Below, piece after piece: positions 10,133-19,093 of a DNA stretch of 64,000 bases. The stretch lies in the NCBI GenBank assembly GCA_913050015.1, contig CAJXAZ010000001.1, forward strand, positions 10,912 to 74,911, written 5' to 3'. This DNA is from an uncultured Gammaproteobacteria bacterium. Lineage in GTDB: Bacteria; Pseudomonadota; Gammaproteobacteria; Magnimaribacterales; D2472. The notes under the pieces were generated by a model. It was not told the origin of the DNA and did no database searches. It saw only the letters and a program-made list of their open reading frames with translations. Each line of letters starts with the position of its first letter. Within the stretch, counting starts at the first letter, position 1. A program made the position numbers and the translations under genes.

Positions 10133-10573
10133 ATGATAACTTCAACCATCAAAACTAACCTAATCTTAAAAGAGATTGGTGTTACAAGGTATTCCCTGAG
10201 ACCAGAACCAAATCTGTTAGTTGATAAAGAAGTTAATTTTTATCAAAAAGGAAATATTTTAACATTACTTGATGTCCCTTATAACGATATTTCTCAAGAT
10301 CAAAAAAATTTATTAGGGGCAATTATTACTGCTATAAAGCCAATAAGTGAGATTGAGGTGATAAAAACTAGCAAAATAAATAAGGATGAAGATATTTCCG
10401 AGATTATTAATCAGTTTCTAGCTGTTAGTGGAATTATTATCTTTTATAAAAATACCTTGAATATTCAAACATCACTTCCGACCATAACCTCACCTAGCCT
10501 GGCTGAAATAATAAAAAATCCCAGCTTGAAAAAGGTGTTATGGGAAGATATCAAGAAAAAATTAATTTTTTAG
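10133..10573 (+). CDS. holD: Probable DNA polymerase III psi subunit
   Basis: 146 aa, directly upstream of rimI as in the E. coli holD-rimI pair. By eye, LKEIGVTRYSLRPEP matches E. coli LQQLGITQWSLRRP, and TSPSLAEIIKNPSLKKVLWEDI matches ASPALTDLRANPTARAALWQQI. The E. coli sequence is quoted from memory. Confidence 0.65.
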   Translation: MITSTIKTNLILKEIGVTRYSLRPEPNLLVDKEVNFYQKGNILTLLDVPYNDISQDQKNLLGAIITAIKPISEIEVIKTSKINKDEDISEIINQFLAVSGIIIFYKNTLNIQTSLPTITSPSLAEIIKNPSLKKVLWEDIKKKLIF

Positions 10574-10574
10574 T

Positions 10575-11012
10575 ATGTTTAAAATATCTTTATTGGATCA
10601 GATGGATCTAGAGGAGGCATATGGAATTGAGCTATCTACAAACCCCACGCCATGGTCTTACGAAAACTTCACTTCTTCCTTTAAGGTTGGCCACCACGGT
10701 TTAGTTTGCAAGGAAAACGCCGTAATAATAGGTTTCTTAATCTTTTCACCTATTAAGCCAGAGGCACATTTACTTAGCATTGCTGTCAAAGAAACTCATG
10801 AGAGAAGAGGTGTGGGAAGTCTTCTTATTAGCTCTATGAATAAGCAATGCATGGCTATGAAGATTACTCAGGTATTTCTAGAGGTTAGAGCTGGAAATGA
10901 GAAAGCTATTTCATTCTATGAGGGCCATAACTTTTCAAAAGATGCCATAAGAGAGAAGTATTACTCTGGAGAAGTTCCTGAAGATGCCTTACTAATGTCG
11001 TTAAGCCTCTAA
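10575..11012 (+). CDS. rimI: Ribosomal-protein-alanine N-acetyltransferase
   Basis: GNAT fold with the acetyl-CoA site HERRGVGSLLI. 145 aa. Follows holD with a 1-nt gap. Confidence 0.85.
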   Translation: MFKISLLDQMDLEEAYGIELSTNPTPWSYENFTSSFKVGHHGLVCKENAVIIGFLIFSPIKPEAHLLSIAVKETHERRGVGSLLISSMNKQCMAMKITQVFLEVRAGNEKAISFYEGHNFSKDAIREKYYSGEVPEDALLMSLSL

Positions 11013-11043
11013 GCCTTTCTTCCTTAACCAGTTATGCTGAGAA

Positions 11044-11541
11044 TTACAGAAGCTTTACAATATCTGATTCAATGTCTTCGGGCTTTGTAGTTGGGCCATA
11101 GCGCTTAATAACCTGACCAGTCTTGTTAACAAGAAACTTAGAAAAATTCCATTTAATACCTTTTGTTCCTAGTATGCCAGGACGCTCTTTTTTAAGAAAA
11201 TCATAAAAAGGGTCAGCACTTTCGCCATTAACATCAATTTTATTAAATATTTTAAAAGAAACATCATATTTTTCAGTACAAAAGAATTGTATCTCTTCGT
11301 TTGAACCGGGTTCTTGACCTCTAAACTGATTACAAGGAAAACCTAATATCTCTAAACCGCTGCTAGCATGATCATCATGAAGCTTTTGAAGGCCTTTATA
11401 TTGGTAGGTAAAACCACATTCGCTAGCAACGTTCACCACCAATAGAACTTTTTCTTTAAAAGAATCAATGGGCACATCTTGCATTTGCGAATCCTTAACA
11501 ACAAAATCATAGATATTTTTTACATCATTCTCTCTACTCAT
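11044..11541 (-). CDS. Glutathione peroxidase (Cys type), downstream copy
   Basis: Contains the NVASECGFTYQY peroxidatic-Cys block, GFPCNQF and WNFSKFLV. Length 165 aa. Confidence 0.92.
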   Translation of the reverse strand: MSRENDVKNIYDFVVKDSQMQDVPIDSFKEKVLLVVNVASECGFTYQYKGLQKLHDDHASSGLEILGFPCNQFRGQEPGSNEEIQFFCTEKYDVSFKIFNKIDVNGESADPFYDFLKKERPGILGTKGIKWNFSKFLVNKTGQVIKRYGPTTKPEDIESDIVKLL

Positions 11542-12019
11542 TAATTAACCTCTCTATATCACTCTTTATTTCACTTGGCTCAGACTTCGGGCCAAACCTT
11601 TTTACAATTTTGCCATTCTTACCAATTAAAAATTTAGTAAAGTTCCATTCAATATTCTCTGATCCAGATTCTCCTGGATGATCTTTTTTAAGGAATTCAT
11701 AAATGGGCGATGCATTATCACCATTAACTTCTATCTTATCGAAGATAGGAAATCCCACTTCATATTTTTCAGTACAAAAGAACTGTATCTCTTCATTTGT
11801 TCCGGGCTCTTGTGCTCCAAATTGATTACAAGGAAACCCTAGGATTTCAAAACCATCTTTTTGATAATCGTTATAGAGACTTTGAAGGCCCTCATATTGA
11901 TATGTGAGACCGCATTCACTTGCTACATTTACAACTAATAGAACCTTGTCCTGATATTCTGATAAAGACACATCTTGCATATCAGCATTCTTAACATTTA
12001 GATCGTAGATATTTAGCAT
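11534..12019 (-). CDS. Glutathione peroxidase (Cys type), upstream copy
   Basis: Contains NVASECGLTYQY, GFPCNQF and WNFTKFLI. I place the start at the second ATG (12019) because AAGGAG sits 7 nt upstream of it. The track ORF extends to 12046. The stop overlaps the next gpx start (ATGAGTAG). Confidence 0.9.
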   Translation of the reverse strand: MLNIYDLNVKNADMQDVSLSEYQDKVLLVVNVASECGLTYQYEGLQSLYNDYQKDGFEILGFPCNQFGAQEPGTNEEIQFFCTEKYEVGFPIFDKIEVNGDNASPIYEFLKKDHPGESGSENIEWNFTKFLIGKNGKIVKRFGPKSEPSEIKSDIERLINE

Positions 12020-12049
12020 TATTATTCTCCTTAATAAATAAATCATTAT

Positions 12050-12084
12050 ATATAGATTTAATATGTAAATCTTTAAATCTATAT
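12050..12084. promoter_or_regulatory. Perfect 12-bp inverted repeat (ATATAGATTTAA-N11-TTAAATCTATAT) in the gpx / GNAT divergent spacer; candidate operator
   Basis: Read directly. The arms lie at 12050-12061 and 12073-12084, which is 31-65 nt upstream of the gpx start at 12019. The AT-rich context raises the chance expectation. Confidence 0.3.
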
Positions 12085-12174
12085 TTAGAAATACTATTTA
12101 TGGCTTACGCATATGAATGGATATTATTCTCAAGAAATATATAATTATTTAAGATTAATTACTTATCTTTTATC

Positions 12175-12651
12175 TTGCAGAAATCTTTAAAAATAAATTA
12201 CGTTTGGAAGAAATTCTTAGAATTAACTACAGAAGAATTGTATGCATTAATAAATTTAAGACAAAAAGTTTTTATTGTTGAGCAAGATTGTCCATACGTT
12301 GATGCTGATTATTCAGATCAAGATGCATCCCACTTACTTGGCTATGATGGAGATAATCTTATTGCATATTTAAGAGCATTTCCTCCAGGAATTAAATATG
12401 AGGGCTCTTCGTTGGGAAGAATTGTTACAGAGATTAATATGAGAGGTGGGGGTATAGGAAAGACACTTACCCAAGAAGGAGTCAATTTTCTTTCAAATCT
12501 ATATCCAGATAATGAGATTATTATTTCAGCTCAACATAGGCTTGAGCACTTCTATAAAGAATTGGGTTTTGTATCAAGGGGAGAGGTCTATTTAGAAGAT
12601 GATATTGATCACATTCAGATGTTTTTAGTACCTGAAAATACTATTCAATAA
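12175..12651 (+). CDS. elaA: GNAT family acetyltransferase, ElaA-like
   Basis: TTG start. LTTEELYALINLRQKVFIVEQDCPYVDADYSD resembles the ElaA N-terminal block, and there is a RGGGIGKTL CoA loop. Length 158 aa. Confidence 0.65.
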   Translation: MQKSLKINYVWKKFLELTTEELYALINLRQKVFIVEQDCPYVDADYSDQDASHLLGYDGDNLIAYLRAFPPGIKYEGSSLGRIVTEINMRGGGIGKTLTQEGVNFLSNLYPDNEIIISAQHRLEHFYKELGFVSRGEVYLEDDIDHIQMFLVPENTIQ

Positions 12652-14860
12652 TTTGAGTTTTAAATAATAAGGTATGAATCTCTTCAGTGATGAATGGGGC
12701 AAATGGATGCATCATCATTAAAATTTCTTTCAGCATAGGCCTCAGATTATCTGTTTCACCAGATTTTTTAGATTCCTCAATATATACATCACAAAATTTA
12801 TTCCAAAAAAATTCATAGACCTCATTTATTGCAAAATCTAATCTGTAATCTTCTATATTTTTTTGTATTTTACTTCTTGTTTTTTCAAACTCTTCTTTAA
12901 TCCATCTATCAGTATCAGTTTTAGGCTCAAAAGAATCATTCCCGACAGGGTAGCCATTAATAAACCTAGCTGCATTCCAAATTTTTGTACAAAAATTTCT
13001 GTAGCCTTTCAGTCTTCCTAACTCAAAACTAATATCTTTAGTATGAGTGGCCAAAGAAAAGAAAGTCATTCTAAGTGCATCAGTTCCATAGGATTCAATT
13101 CCATTGGGAAACTGATTTCTAGTTTTGCGCTCTATCTTTTCCGCTATTCCTTCCTGCATAAGATTAGAAGTTCTCTTTTCAACTAGATCGTCTTGAGAAA
13201 TGCCATATATCAAATCCAGAGGATCAATAACATTACCTTTCGATTTAGACATTTTTTGCCCGTTTTCATCTCTGATTAAGCCGGTTACATAGACATCCTT
13301 AAATGGTATCTGATCGGTAAATTCAAGACTCATCATCATCATTCTCGCAACCCAGAAAAATATAATATCAAACCCAGTTACTAGTAATGATGTTGGAAAG
13401 TGTTTTTTATAATCTTCGGTTTCGTTGGGCCATCCCATTGAAGCAAAAGGCCATAAACTAGAAGAGAACCATGTATCTAGAACATCCTCATCTTGATTTA
13501 ACACTCTATCATCTAGCTTATATTGAGCTCTAACCTCTGACTCACTATGACCTACATAAACATTACCTTCTTTATCATACCAAGCCGGTATTCTATGTCC
13601 CCACCAAATCTGTCTGCTGATACACCAGTCTTGGATATTATCCATCCAGTTAAAGTATGTTTTATCCCAGTTTTGAGGATGGAATTTAATTTCTCCTTTA
13701 TTAACAGCATCGTTAGCTCTAGCAGCCATCTCAGCAGTTTTTACATACCATTGATGGCTTAACTTAGGCTCTATAACAACATTAGACCTTTCGCCCCTAG
13801 GAACGCTTATATGATGCTTTTCTTCTTTTTCCAAAAGTGACAATTCAGTTAGTTTTTCAATTACTAGTTTTCTTACTTTAAAACGATCAAGGTTATTAAA
13901 AGGAGCAGGTACATTTTCATTAGACCAAGCATCATCATTAAATATATTTATAGGTTGAAAATCACTATCATTATCTGAAGTTTCAACCACTCCATCGACT
14001 TCATGTAATGAGTATTTCTTTCCAATTTCATAGTCATTAAAATCATGACCAGGAGTTATTTTTAAGCAACCAGTCCCGAACTCCATATCAACATAATCAT
14101 CACCAATAATGGGTATCTTTCTTCCCACAAAAGGTAAAACAATCTTTTCTCCAATTAAATCTTTATATCGTTCATCTTTAGGATTTACTGCAATGGCCAT
14201 ATCACCAAACATAGTCTCAGGTCTTGTTGTGGCAACCACTACAAAATTCTTAGTTCCTTCTATTGGATATTTTATATGCCAAAGTAAGCCATCTTTTTCT
14301 TGTCTAATAACTTCTAAATCAGAAACTGCTGTTTTTAAGGATGGATCCCAATTAACAAGTCTATAACCTCTGTAGATCTTTCCTTTTCTATGCAGTTCGA
14401 CAAAAGCCTTAATGACAGCTTCATTAAATCCATCGTCAAGTGTAAATCTGTATTTATCCCAATCTACGGTATTTCCAAGTCTTTTAATTTGTGAAGTAAT
14501 TTTTTCTTCTGAGTAATCCTTCCAAGACCAAACCTCTTCAAGAAATTTCTCTCTACCTAAGTCTTTTCTAGTTATCTCTTTTTTTGCCAAGTTGTTTTCA
14601 ACAACCATTTGAGTAGCAATTCCAGCGTGATCACTACCAACCTGCCAGTATGAATCCTTACCTGCCATATGATTGTATCTAGTATAGAAATCCATGATAG
14701 CGTATTGAAAGCTATGCCCCATATGCAAAGTACCAGTGACATTTGGAGGGGGGATGACTTGAGAGAAGGACTCTGTAGAATTTTCATTCTGAACCTTTCT
14801 CTCAGACCAGACCTTCGCCCACTTTTCCTCTATCTCGGTAGGGTGATACTGTTTATCCAT
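12641..14860 (-). CDS. valS: Valine--tRNA ligase, C-terminally short (739 aa)
   Basis: Contains PPPNVTGTLHMGHSF (HIGH), the editing-domain TTRPETMFGD block and KMSKSKGNVIDP. It ends 12 aa after HPFAPFITEEI. The 3' end overlaps the convergent GNAT gene by 11 nt. Confidence 0.93.
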   Translation of the reverse strand: MDKQYHPTEIEEKWAKVWSERKVQNENSTESFSQVIPPPNVTGTLHMGHSFQYAIMDFYTRYNHMAGKDSYWQVGSDHAGIATQMVVENNLAKKEITRKDLGREKFLEEVWSWKDYSEEKITSQIKRLGNTVDWDKYRFTLDDGFNEAVIKAFVELHRKGKIYRGYRLVNWDPSLKTAVSDLEVIRQEKDGLLWHIKYPIEGTKNFVVVATTRPETMFGDMAIAVNPKDERYKDLIGEKIVLPFVGRKIPIIGDDYVDMEFGTGCLKITPGHDFNDYEIGKKYSLHEVDGVVETSDNDSDFQPINIFNDDAWSNENVPAPFNNLDRFKVRKLVIEKLTELSLLEKEEKHHISVPRGERSNVVIEPKLSHQWYVKTAEMAARANDAVNKGEIKFHPQNWDKTYFNWMDNIQDWCISRQIWWGHRIPAWYDKEGNVYVGHSESEVRAQYKLDDRVLNQDEDVLDTWFSSSLWPFASMGWPNETEDYKKHFPTSLLVTGFDIIFFWVARMMMMSLEFTDQIPFKDVYVTGLIRDENGQKMSKSKGNVIDPLDLIYGISQDDLVEKRTSNLMQEGIAEKIERKTRNQFPNGIESYGTDALRMTFFSLATHTKDISFELGRLKGYRNFCTKIWNAARFINGYPVGNDSFEPKTDTDRWIKEEFEKTRSKIQKNIEDYRLDFAINEVYEFFWNKFCDVYIEESKKSGETDNLRPMLKEILMMMHPFAPFITEEIHTLLFKTQIIE

Positions 14861-14875
14861 GTTCTTGGAATTTTT

Positions 14876-16393
14876 CTACTTTAGTTTTTTACTTAACAAC
14901 AACTCACTTAAAAGTGGGACAGGCCTTCCTGTTCCAGCTTTAACTGGAGAGCTATGTGATGCAGTTGCAGCTATATCTATATGAGCCCATTTATAATCAT
15001 TTGTAAATTTAGATAAGAAAGCAGCAGCATGAATAGTTCCAGCTTCTCTTCCTCCACCTATATTTGCTAAATCAGCATAAGATGTTTTGGTGCATGATTG
15101 ATGCTCATCCCAAAGCGGAAGCTGCCAAGCTCTATCACCTGACTCTTCACCCGAGCTAATAATCATATCGGCAAGATGTTGGTCATTTGCCATAACTCCA
15201 CTAGCATGTCTTCCAAGGGCAACCACGACTGCACCTGTAAGAGTAGCCATATCGATTACATAAGAAGGTTTATATTTACCTACGAATGTAAGAGCATCTG
15301 CAAGGATTAATCGACCTTCAGCATCTGTATTTAAGATTTCAATTGTTTGGCCAGACATTGAAGTTACAACATCACCTGGTTTAGTAGCGGTCGATGAGCA
15401 CATATTTTCTGCACAAGCCATAACACCAACAACATTAACGTTAGCATCTAATCTCGCTAGAGTAGACATAACACCAAATACTGTTGCAGCACCGCACATG
15501 TCCCATTTCATTTCATCCATACCAGGACTCGGCTTAATAGAAACCCCACCTGTATCAAAAGTTACCCCTTTTCCAACAAGCGCTATAGGCTTTTCTGAAG
15601 GTTTGCCTCCTTTGTACTCTATAACCATCATTCTAGCTGGCTCTATACTTCCTGCTGAGACGCTAAGGAAAGAACCCATGCCTAGTTTCTCCATATCTTT
15701 TTCATTAAAAGATTTAACCTTTAATTTAGGAAAGTCTTTAGTCATAGCCTTAACTTTCTTTTCAATTATTACTGGAGTGCAATGATTTGCTGGAAGATCA
15801 CCAAGATATTTAGCAGTATTAACACCTTCACCGATGGCATATCCTTTTTTAGCAGCTTGTTTGGCTTTTGTAAGATTAGATCCAGATAGACCCGAAGTTA
15901 ATATAGTTAGTTTTTTTACAGATGGCTTCTTGGCTGTTTTATTTTTTGTTTCAGAAAAGATATAAACATTTGACTCTATTGTTTTGGCTATCATTTCAAT
16001 CATCCATAGAGAATCTTTACCTTCAGGACATGCAGTACCGAACATAACTGATATATCTTTAGAGCTAAGTTGGTTTCCTTTTTTAGCAATAACTTTATAC
16101 ATATTCAACCATTTATGCATTGGAGTATCTTTCTCTAGACCTTTAACTAAAAGAATATTTTCTGCTGTAATGTCATTTACCTTCGGAAGTAGCATAGAAG
16201 ACCCAGCTTCTTTTAAATGTGATGCTATTGTTTTTGATAGATAGCTTTTAGAAGCTTTATCTAGCTCTTTAAAGGATGGATCATTTTTAGTATCCTTATT
16301 AATTACCAATACAAGCATGTCGGTTTTTAAAGCCTTCAAACTAGTTGTTGATGTATCTTGTAATGAAATGTTATTTAAAACTTTATATGCCAT
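14876..16393 (-). CDS. pepA: Leucyl aminopeptidase (M17)
   Basis: Contains VGKGVTFDTGG and NTDAEGRLILADAL. Length 505 aa. AGGAG SD upstream. Divergent from lptF, as in E. coli. Confidence 0.95.
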   Translation of the reverse strand: MAYKVLNNISLQDTSTTSLKALKTDMLVLVINKDTKNDPSFKELDKASKSYLSKTIASHLKEAGSSMLLPKVNDITAENILLVKGLEKDTPMHKWLNMYKVIAKKGNQLSSKDISVMFGTACPEGKDSLWMIEMIAKTIESNVYIFSETKNKTAKKPSVKKLTILTSGLSGSNLTKAKQAAKKGYAIGEGVNTAKYLGDLPANHCTPVIIEKKVKAMTKDFPKLKVKSFNEKDMEKLGMGSFLSVSAGSIEPARMMVIEYKGGKPSEKPIALVGKGVTFDTGGVSIKPSPGMDEMKWDMCGAATVFGVMSTLARLDANVNVVGVMACAENMCSSTATKPGDVVTSMSGQTIEILNTDAEGRLILADALTFVGKYKPSYVIDMATLTGAVVVALGRHASGVMANDQHLADMIISSGEESGDRAWQLPLWDEHQSCTKTSYADLANIGGGREAGTIHAAAFLSKFTNDYKWAHIDIAATASHSSPVKAGTGRPVPLLSELLLSKKLK

Positions 16394-16460
16394 TTAAGGT
16401 CTCCTAATTATGGAATTTACTGATAAGATAAATATTGTAATGCATCATAGTTCTCAAGGC

Positions 16461-17597
16461 ATGTATAAAAAAAATATTCTTTCAAAAAGTCTGAATATGG
16501 AGGTTCTAAAATCTTCACTTAGCATCCTATTAATTTTTTTTCTATTAGTGGTCGGTTCAAGGGTTGTAGGCTATTTTGAGCAAGCTGCAGAGGGATACAT
16601 AGATCCTAGTATTATAATGAGCGTTGTTGCGCTGAGGTTCCCAGATTTCATAACTCTTTTAATTCCTTTATCATTTTTTCTTGGAATCCTTATTACTATT
16701 AGCAGGCTTTATGCTGAAAAGGAGATTTACGGTTTTTTTTCTATAGGACTTGCTCCTATTGATTTAGTTAGATTTTTAGCACCTCAAGCAATCATTTATT
16801 TTGCTATAACTCTAATGTTAAGTTTGTATGTAGCTCCATACACCAAAGCCTTATCCCAAGAGATTCTTTCAATAGATTCATTTGAAGAGCAAATTGAAGC
16901 ACTTCAATCTAAAAAATTATTTTCTCTCAAAGATGGGAGTGGATTTATTTATGCAGAAGATGCAGAGGAAACTAGTCTGAAAGGAGTCAAATTATTTCAG
17001 CCAAATGGCGATAACTCTTTTTTAGTTTTGGCAGATGAATTAATTGTGACTGAAAATGGAAATGATCTAGATCTGAAATTTTTAGATGGATCTTTGTATA
17101 AAGGTATTTTCTCTAACTCCTCTCAGCTTGTCTCAACTTTTGGAGAATTTAAATTATCTTTGGATAGGGATGTAAGTCAAATCTCCGGAGTAAGCCTGTC
17201 AAAAATATTTGATTACTCATCTACCTCAGACAGTGCTTCTCTTCAATGGAGTATATCAATACCTTTCACCATAATAATTCTACTTTTCATGGGTGTTTAT
17301 ATGGGAGCAGTTAAACCAAGACAAGGAAGGTTTTCAGTAATACTTCCAGGCATGCTTGTTTATGTAATGTATTTAAGTCTTTTAATTTATGGAAGAGAGT
17401 CTATTGCGGATAATCCAATCTCAGGCATTGGCTTGTGGTGGGTGCATCTTCTTTTTTGCCTATTTTTAGTAGGTTATATTTTTAAAGATATTGTTAGTTT
17501 CAATAATTCTTCGGCGATAAGTATTAGAGAGAATGTCTATCTAAAATATCTTACTGCCATAATCCTAATTATTTTATTTTTATGGCTGGCGATCTAA
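16461..17597 (+). CDS. lptF: LPS export ABC transporter permease LptF
   Basis: YjgP/YjgQ-type multi-TM protein collinear with E. coli LptF. I prefer the ATG at 16461 (MYKKNILSKSL...LKSSLSILLIFF). The track ORF starts at 16410, which would overlap the pepA RBS. Confidence 0.85.
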   Translation: MYKKNILSKSLNMEVLKSSLSILLIFFLLVVGSRVVGYFEQAAEGYIDPSIIMSVVALRFPDFITLLIPLSFFLGILITISRLYAEKEIYGFFSIGLAPIDLVRFLAPQAIIYFAITLMLSLYVAPYTKALSQEILSIDSFEEQIEALQSKKLFSLKDGSGFIYAEDAEETSLKGVKLFQPNGDNSFLVLADELIVTENGNDLDLKFLDGSLYKGIFSNSSQLVSTFGEFKLSLDRDVSQISGVSLSKIFDYSSTSDSASLQWSISIPFTIIILLFMGVYMGAVKPRQGRFSVILPGMLVYVMYLSLLIYGRESIADNPISGIGLWWVHLLFCLFLVGYIFKDIVSFNNSSAISIRENVYLKYLTAIILIILFLWLAI

Positions 17598-18646
17598 TGA
17601 AGATCTTTAATAAATATCTTATCAAGAGATCATTTTTTATCTCATTCTTTATATTTACAATATTTGCCTTACTCGATTTAGTTTTTAATTTTATTTCAGA
17701 ATTAGAAAATTTATCAGATAGCTATACTTTTATTTCAGCCTTGAAATATGTTTTTCTATCCATGCCACATAGTGCAATGAATTTTTTAGAAGGAGCTTGC
17801 TTATTAGGCGTTATGATTTCACTTGGTATTTCCCATCAAGAGGGCAATCTAAATGTTCTTAGATCTAGCGGTAAATCACCTATTCAAATTATTCTAATAA
17901 GCTCAATAGGACCAATGATCTTGGTTTTTTCTTTTCTTTTTGTAGATGAATTATCTTTTAGAGAAATTCATTTAAATGCTCAGATTGAAAAGAGCTTGAA
18001 GCTAAGCGGGAGTCAGGAAGTATCTTCTAATACCCAATGGGTGAAGCATGAAAATGCATTAATAAGTTATACCAATATAACCAGCAACACTATTTTTAAC
18101 GTAAAGTTTGTCAAATCAGCATCAAATAAAGCCATCTACTCCAAAACATCAAACTCAGCAAAAATAAGCAAAAATAGAATTAAATTTGACGACTCACTTC
18201 AGTTTCATAGCTTTAATGGTCAAGGCAACGCTGAAGCATTTGAAGATTTTCTGTTTCCTTTGGTGGCCAGGGTATCTTTTAAGGATATAGAAAATCTAAG
18301 TATTAAAGATGTAAGAAAATACCGACTTCTACTCAGAGGTAATTTAGCCAAAGAAGACCAGCTATTTAAAATGCATCTTGATAAATCTTTTTATAAAAGA
18401 ATTTTTTATCCATTTTCTATTTTGGCAATAATAATATTTTTTGGCTCTTTTATATTTAGCTCCCTTCGCGATTCCTCGCCTGCATCTCGAATAGTTTTAG
18501 CTGTTGTTGGAGGGTTTGTTTATAAAGTAATACAAGATTTTTCAATAAGCTTTTTTATATCTTTTAGTTACCCAATTTTTATTGGTGTGATTACACCAGC
18601 AATTCTGCTATTAATTGCTAGCATCTATTCATACAAAAAAATCTAA
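17597..18646 (+). CDS. lptG: LPS export ABC transporter permease LptG
   Basis: Paralogue of LptF. I place the start at the ATG overlapping the lptF stop (TAATG). The track ORF starts 15 nt earlier, at 17582. Confidence 0.85.
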   Translation: MKIFNKYLIKRSFFISFFIFTIFALLDLVFNFISELENLSDSYTFISALKYVFLSMPHSAMNFLEGACLLGVMISLGISHQEGNLNVLRSSGKSPIQIILISSIGPMILVFSFLFVDELSFREIHLNAQIEKSLKLSGSQEVSSNTQWVKHENALISYTNITSNTIFNVKFVKSASNKAIYSKTSNSAKISKNRIKFDDSLQFHSFNGQGNAEAFEDFLFPLVARVSFKDIENLSIKDVRKYRLLLRGNLAKEDQLFKMHLDKSFYKRIFYPFSILAIIIFFGSFIFSSLRDSSPASRIVLAVVGGFVYKVIQDFSISFFISFSYPIFIGVITPAILLLIASIYSYKKI

Positions 18647-19053
18647 ATAGGCCTTAAGCCTGTTTTAGACAATACGTCACTGATTGAATGGCCATTCGAA
18701 GAAAAATAGATTTGAATAAGCGGCAGCCCAGCTAGGCTAAATATTAAAAGGTTTGTTATAAATCTAATTGAAGTTTGACGAAGATTGACTTTATTTCCAT
18801 CGAAGCTATAAATTTCTACTTTCCATATAGCCATTCCCAGTGTTTTATTTCCATGAGTCCAAAAGTAACTATAGAAAGCCCAAGTACTAATAAAAACAAT
18901 TAAAAGCCCTAGCCATGGATTTAGTATTTCTCCATTATTCATCCATAAAGCAATAGATCCAACACCAAACCAGACTCCTAGCAGAAGAAAGAGATCGTAA
19001 ATAGTAGCTGCAATTCTTTTTAATGGAAAAATGGTATGGGATTTTAGATTCAT
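18643..19053 (-). CDS. RDD family membrane protein
   Basis: Contains KRIAATIYD, GNKTLGMAIWKV and a C-terminal ISDVLSKT, with 3 TM segments. Length 136 aa. The stop overlaps the lptG stop (convergent, 4 nt). Confidence 0.7.
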   Translation of the reverse strand: MNLKSHTIFPLKRIAATIYDLFLLLGVWFGVGSIALWMNNGEILNPWLGLLIVFISTWAFYSYFWTHGNKTLGMAIWKVEIYSFDGNKVNLRQTSIRFITNLLIFSLAGLPLIQIYFSSNGHSISDVLSKTGLRPI

Positions 19054-19093
19054 TTTGCTATAGTAATTAAATTACTTAAAAGAATAAATCATT

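Noticed and set aside
11044-12019. Selenocysteine-type glutathione peroxidase
   Set aside because: Both copies encode an ordinary Cys codon at the peroxidatic position (ASECG). There is no in-frame TGA, so no SECIS element is needed.
16410-16460. Longer lptF start at 16410, only 16 bp from the pepA start
   Set aside because: The extra 17 residues (MEFTDKINIVMHHSSQG) have no counterpart in LptF and would cover the pepA SD. The ATG at 16461 aligns better with the E. coli LptF N-terminus. This remains somewhat uncertain.
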